Origin: Heteronotia binoei
Taxonomy: Eukaryota
Assembly: GCF_032191835.1 (NCBI RefSeq)
Contig: NC_083224.1
Location: 93,620,001 to 93,684,000 of the forward strand
Length of the DNA: 64,000 nucleotides
Reading direction: 5' to 3'
The notes beneath the pieces are model-generated. The model was given only the letters and a program-made list of their open reading frames with translations, was not told the DNA's origin and did no database searches. A program made the translations under genes and the position numbers. Shown here piece after piece: positions 10,624 to 64,000 of this stretch (positions within the stretch are counted from its first letter, which is position 1; each line of letters opens with the position of its first letter).

Positions 10624-11639
10624 CCCTCTCTCCAGAGGTTCGTCATATCATCCTCAATGCTAGGAAGCCTGCTACCAGAAAATCCTATGCCCTCAAATGG
10701 AAACGTTTCTCCAAATATGCTGAACTTCATTCCTTTCGACCTGAGCTTGCCAGCATCAACCAGATTTTGACCTACACCTTGACTCTCTCCAAAACTGGTC
10801 TATCTCACTCCTCCCTGAAGGTGCACCTCGCAGCTATCTCTGCATTCCATCCTTCCATCGATGGCTCCACTGTTTTTTCTCACTCCGCAACCAAGGCATT
10901 CCTGAAGGGAATTCTTCACCTCCACCCTCCAATCCGTAAAATACAGCCTGCTTGGAGCCTATCCCTAGTCCTCAGTCAGTTAATGAAGCCACCGTTTGAA
11001 CCCATGGCTTCCATTCCCTTACACCTTCTGACGTGGAAAACTGCCCTTCTAGTAGCCATTACTACTGGCAAGCGAGCCAGCGACATCTGCGCCTTCAGGG
11101 CTGATCCCCCGTATACCATTTTTCACCATAACAAGGTAGTACTACGCCCTGATCCCGCTTTCTTGCCTAAGGTTGTCTCCCCCTTCCATCTAGGGAGGCC
11201 TTCCATCCTTCCTGCGTTCTTCCAAAACCCTACAGACACGGCCCAACGCACCCTACATCACCTCGACGTGCGTAGAGCTCTAGCCTTTTACATCGACAGA
11301 ACTAAACAATTCCGAAAAGACAACAGACTTTTTGTATCTTATGCTACTCATAATCAGGGTACCAGAATCTCTACCCAGAGATTCTCCAAATGGATTACCT
11401 CCACTATATCTTTATGCTACGAATTGGCTAAACAGCCCTTACCTGAGCACTTGCGAGCTCACTCCACCAGAGCGGTCGCAACCTCAACAGCCTTCTGTAA
11501 GGGCGTTCCGATGGAGGACATTTGCGCTGCTGCGGTCTGGTCGTCCCCATCCACTTTCGCCTCGCACTACGCTCTCGCCGTTCGTGCCCGGCGTGACACA
11601 TCATTTGGGCAGGCCGTGCTGAGATCAATCTTCAACTGA
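8796..11639 (+). CDS. DIRS tyrosine recombinase ORF; YR domain from ~10605, with a long N-terminal extension overlapping the RT ORF
   Basis: Catalytic residues are present: R in GKRASDI, H-x-x-R in HSTR, Y in FASHYAL; frame open for 947 codons. Confidence 0.92.
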   Translation: MGNHNFRLLGTLHHSKRVLNRVQFDPNTPQVHLYSSITSSSPGSSNLAGQGGHRTSPPSMSSHWLPLLLLSRSQKRRGAAPYTRSQETQPPYSLQEIPNGHTPIHPSVDPRTSLDGFNRSPGCVFPPFHQPTSQEIPQICHRGSTLPIPCSSFRPLYSPEGVYEVHGGGSSNAETTTHLHLPIYRRLASRLPFQGTTPVRCLDDPVPPGLFGPPSQHLQIESNPYSINTIYRGPPLDCVMQGISTNRQSTTHYVSGQGHYSTSFSDSLHLSEDAGPHGRHHLGASVCQTAHASSAVVVCEDLPSSASTPAHYAHDPSSHHPFSRMVDCAPSPSQGDVLCPDSSLGDCHRRHFKVGMGSPLRTAYSSGPVDGVRELPPHKLSGADGSPQGPTIFPAIASQQACPSHIGQHHYRLLHKPAGGHCLHQTLQKSPKPVALEHCPRHFPICCASTRNPKCASRHPQPMSHQRSRVVHQPPLSPSAISEIRHTGHRCLCNTGQRSMPVLLHTRPAVSTVSRGCLPTILEWSNAVHVSTNSSHYESIAKNHDGRCQLHLSDSMVATSALVHHSPPAVARPLSPLPASSGPSLSTERQGSSSQPDSPPPHSMENQFLTLSPEVRHIILNARKPATRKSYALKWKRFSKYAELHSFRPELASINQILTYTLTLSKTGLSHSSLKVHLAAISAFHPSIDGSTVFSHSATKAFLKGILHLHPPIRKIQPAWSLSLVLSQLMKPPFEPMASIPLHLLTWKTALLVAITTGKRASDICAFRADPPYTIFHHNKVVLRPDPAFLPKVVSPFHLGRPSILPAFFQNPTDTAQRTLHHLDVRRALAFYIDRTKQFRKDNRLFVSYATHNQGTRISTQRFSKWITSTISLCYELAKQPLPEHLRAHSTRAVATSTAFCKGVPMEDICAAAVWSSPSTFASHYALAVRARRDTSFGQAVLRSIFN

Positions 11640-11750
11640 AGTCGTCTGCGGCCTGTTGTGAGTACAATTTTATTTTACTTGCTCTACTCTAACTTGCAGA
11701 CCTTCTTTACAGATCCAGCACCCGCCTCCTGCAAGATAGCTTGCCAGTCA

Positions 11751-11847
11751 CCCATATGTGGGACTGCACAGAGACCACGATGAAGATGGACCGGTTTCTT
11801 ACCTGTAACTGATGATCTTCGAGTGGTCATCTGTGCAGTCACACATA
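11751..11847 (+). repeat. DIRS internal complementary region (ICR)
   Basis: 11751-11787 is the exact reverse complement of 6147-6183; 11788-11847 is the reverse complement of 12064-12123 with one mismatch. Confidence 0.95.
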
Positions 11848-11910
11848 CCCACCCAGCCTTCCCCGCTGCTGGACTTCCACATCTTGCATTTATACACCTA
11901 CCTACGGCGG

Positions 11911-12123
11911 GAAGAAACTGAGTGGGTTGGCCGCCTCCCCCCTCGTCTGGGCATGCGCAGTCGCTGCCCCCTCCCCGGGACGAGGGGAAAGGCGCGCCAA
12001 AAATAACGCTTTAGGATTGCTTTGAATACTCCGAGATGGGCTCGATCCTGGCGGATAAACCCATATGTGTGACTGCACAGATGACCACTCGAAGATCATC
12101 AGTTACAGGTAAGAAACCTGTCC
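11911..12123 (-). repeat. DIRS right ITR
   Basis: Inverted copy of the left ITR with a distinct terminal extension ...gttacaggtaagaaacctgtcc. Confidence 0.92.
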
Positions 12124-12833
12124 TTTCTAGGCATTCTGTTTGAGGGAACAATGTTTGTTTTTATTATTTTAAAACATTTGTGTTCAAGAAAGCACAGAAG
12201 TTTTTAAACATCTATCAAATTGGGTACAGAGAAGTTTGCAATGGAAATACAGTGGATTGGATATTCTTCCTTTGAACCATAAATGCTGTTTTATTCTCTG
12301 GAAAGTTTACTTTGAGCAGGGAGGTGGGGACATCTGGACCTTGATGTTTACATGGCTATCAACCTCTATTTCTTGTTGAACCTTTTTTAGTGTGTATATA
12401 TATTGTTGGGAGGTAAGGAATGCCCCATAGCCGGAAACTTAGCTTCTGATTTTAGACCACTTTCCAGCCATGCTCAAGCTAAACTGAGCCCATTCCAATG
12501 TGCTTATATAGTCAGAATGGCCATATAGTTTGTGAGAACTGGATCTGTAAAGAGCTTCTAGATTTCTGTTAGTTCTGGAATACAGATGTTCAGTAAAATA
12601 TTTCCTCATGTAGATACTCAGAGAATTGCATCACCTGTGCATAACTATCCTTTGTATGTGACTGATCAGAATACTTGCATTGTATGGAGCTGAGGTGGGG
12701 GTAGGGGTGACACATGGGCTGCTTCTGATTGAAGAGCATGTTACTGAGGAATAGGTGTGTGAATATGGTGCCTTAGGATGGATGTATAGGGATATTTGTG
12801 ACTGAACTGACTTTTCCTGACCCCACACTGCAG

Positions 12834-63661
<50,828 letters not shown>

Positions 63662-63827
63662 GTGAGTGGAAAACACTCCCATATGAGTAGTATATTGGCA
63701 AAAGTGAGTATAAGTGTTCACAGGCCCCAGGAATGAGCTAGAGTACAGTGGACCGGGATGTAAATATTAGTAGACCTGACATTCTGATGAGAAAAAATAC
63801 AGGTTTGAGCTAGCCCAGCCCTGATGG

Positions 63828-64000
63828 GAGCCAGTTTGGTGTAGTGGTTAAGTGTGAGGACTCTTATCTGGGAGAACTGGGTTTGATTTCCCACTCCTCC
63901 ACTTGTAGCTGCTAGAATGGCCTTGGGTCAGCCATAGCTCTTGCAAGAGTAGTCCTTGAAAGGGCAGCTTCTGGGAGAGCTCTCTCAGCCCCACCCACCT
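63828..64000 (+). mobile_element. Squam3-like SINE, runs off the window end
   Basis: gagccagtttggtgtagtggttaag..tttgatttccc. Confidence 0.9.

Larger units (their letters stand above)
6147..12123 (+). mobile_element. DIRS1-type tyrosine-recombinase retrotransposon, apparently complete
   Basis: Three long intact ORFs, near-identical inverted terminal repeats, an internal complementary region matching both termini, and no TSD. Confidence 0.96.

Noticed and set aside
12660-12750. Candidate extra exon (cag...AG|gtgtgt) upstream of exon 1
   Set aside because: There is an in-frame TGA in the required phase-2 frame and no SZT2 similarity.

Overview
Vertebrate genomic DNA, most likely a gecko, inferred from Squam3C-like tRNA SINEs plus Sauria SINE, BovB, CR1, L2 and Penelope repeats. 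The whole window lies inside one + strand gene that I recognise from remembered peptide motifs (not a database search) as SZT2, the KICSTOR scaffold. I mapped 36 internal coding exons from 12834 to 63661 with consistent intron phases. Exceptions: one apparent 1-nt frameshift (exon 39293-39397), one GC-AG intron and one GAG acceptor. The introns are packed with transposons. (1) An apparently intact ~6-kb DIRS1-type tyrosine-recombinase retrotransposon at 6147-12123, with Gag, RT/RNaseH/MTase-like and YR ORFs, ITRs and ICR. (2) Two older DIRS copies: one cut by a chromodomain Ty3/Gypsy element, and one deletion derivative that keeps both ITRs and the ICR. (3) A three-layer CR1>CR1>L2 nest. (4) hAT MITEs with 8-bp TSDs, a Penelope fragment with a hammerhead-like core, 5S- and tRNA-derived SINEs, and L1 and BovB fragments. 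The least explained structure is a 732-bp insertion of unrecognised sequence that forms a ~330-bp-stem hairpin with a 15-bp TSD inside a CR1 copy. No CRISPR arrays, true tRNA genes or rRNA genes were found.
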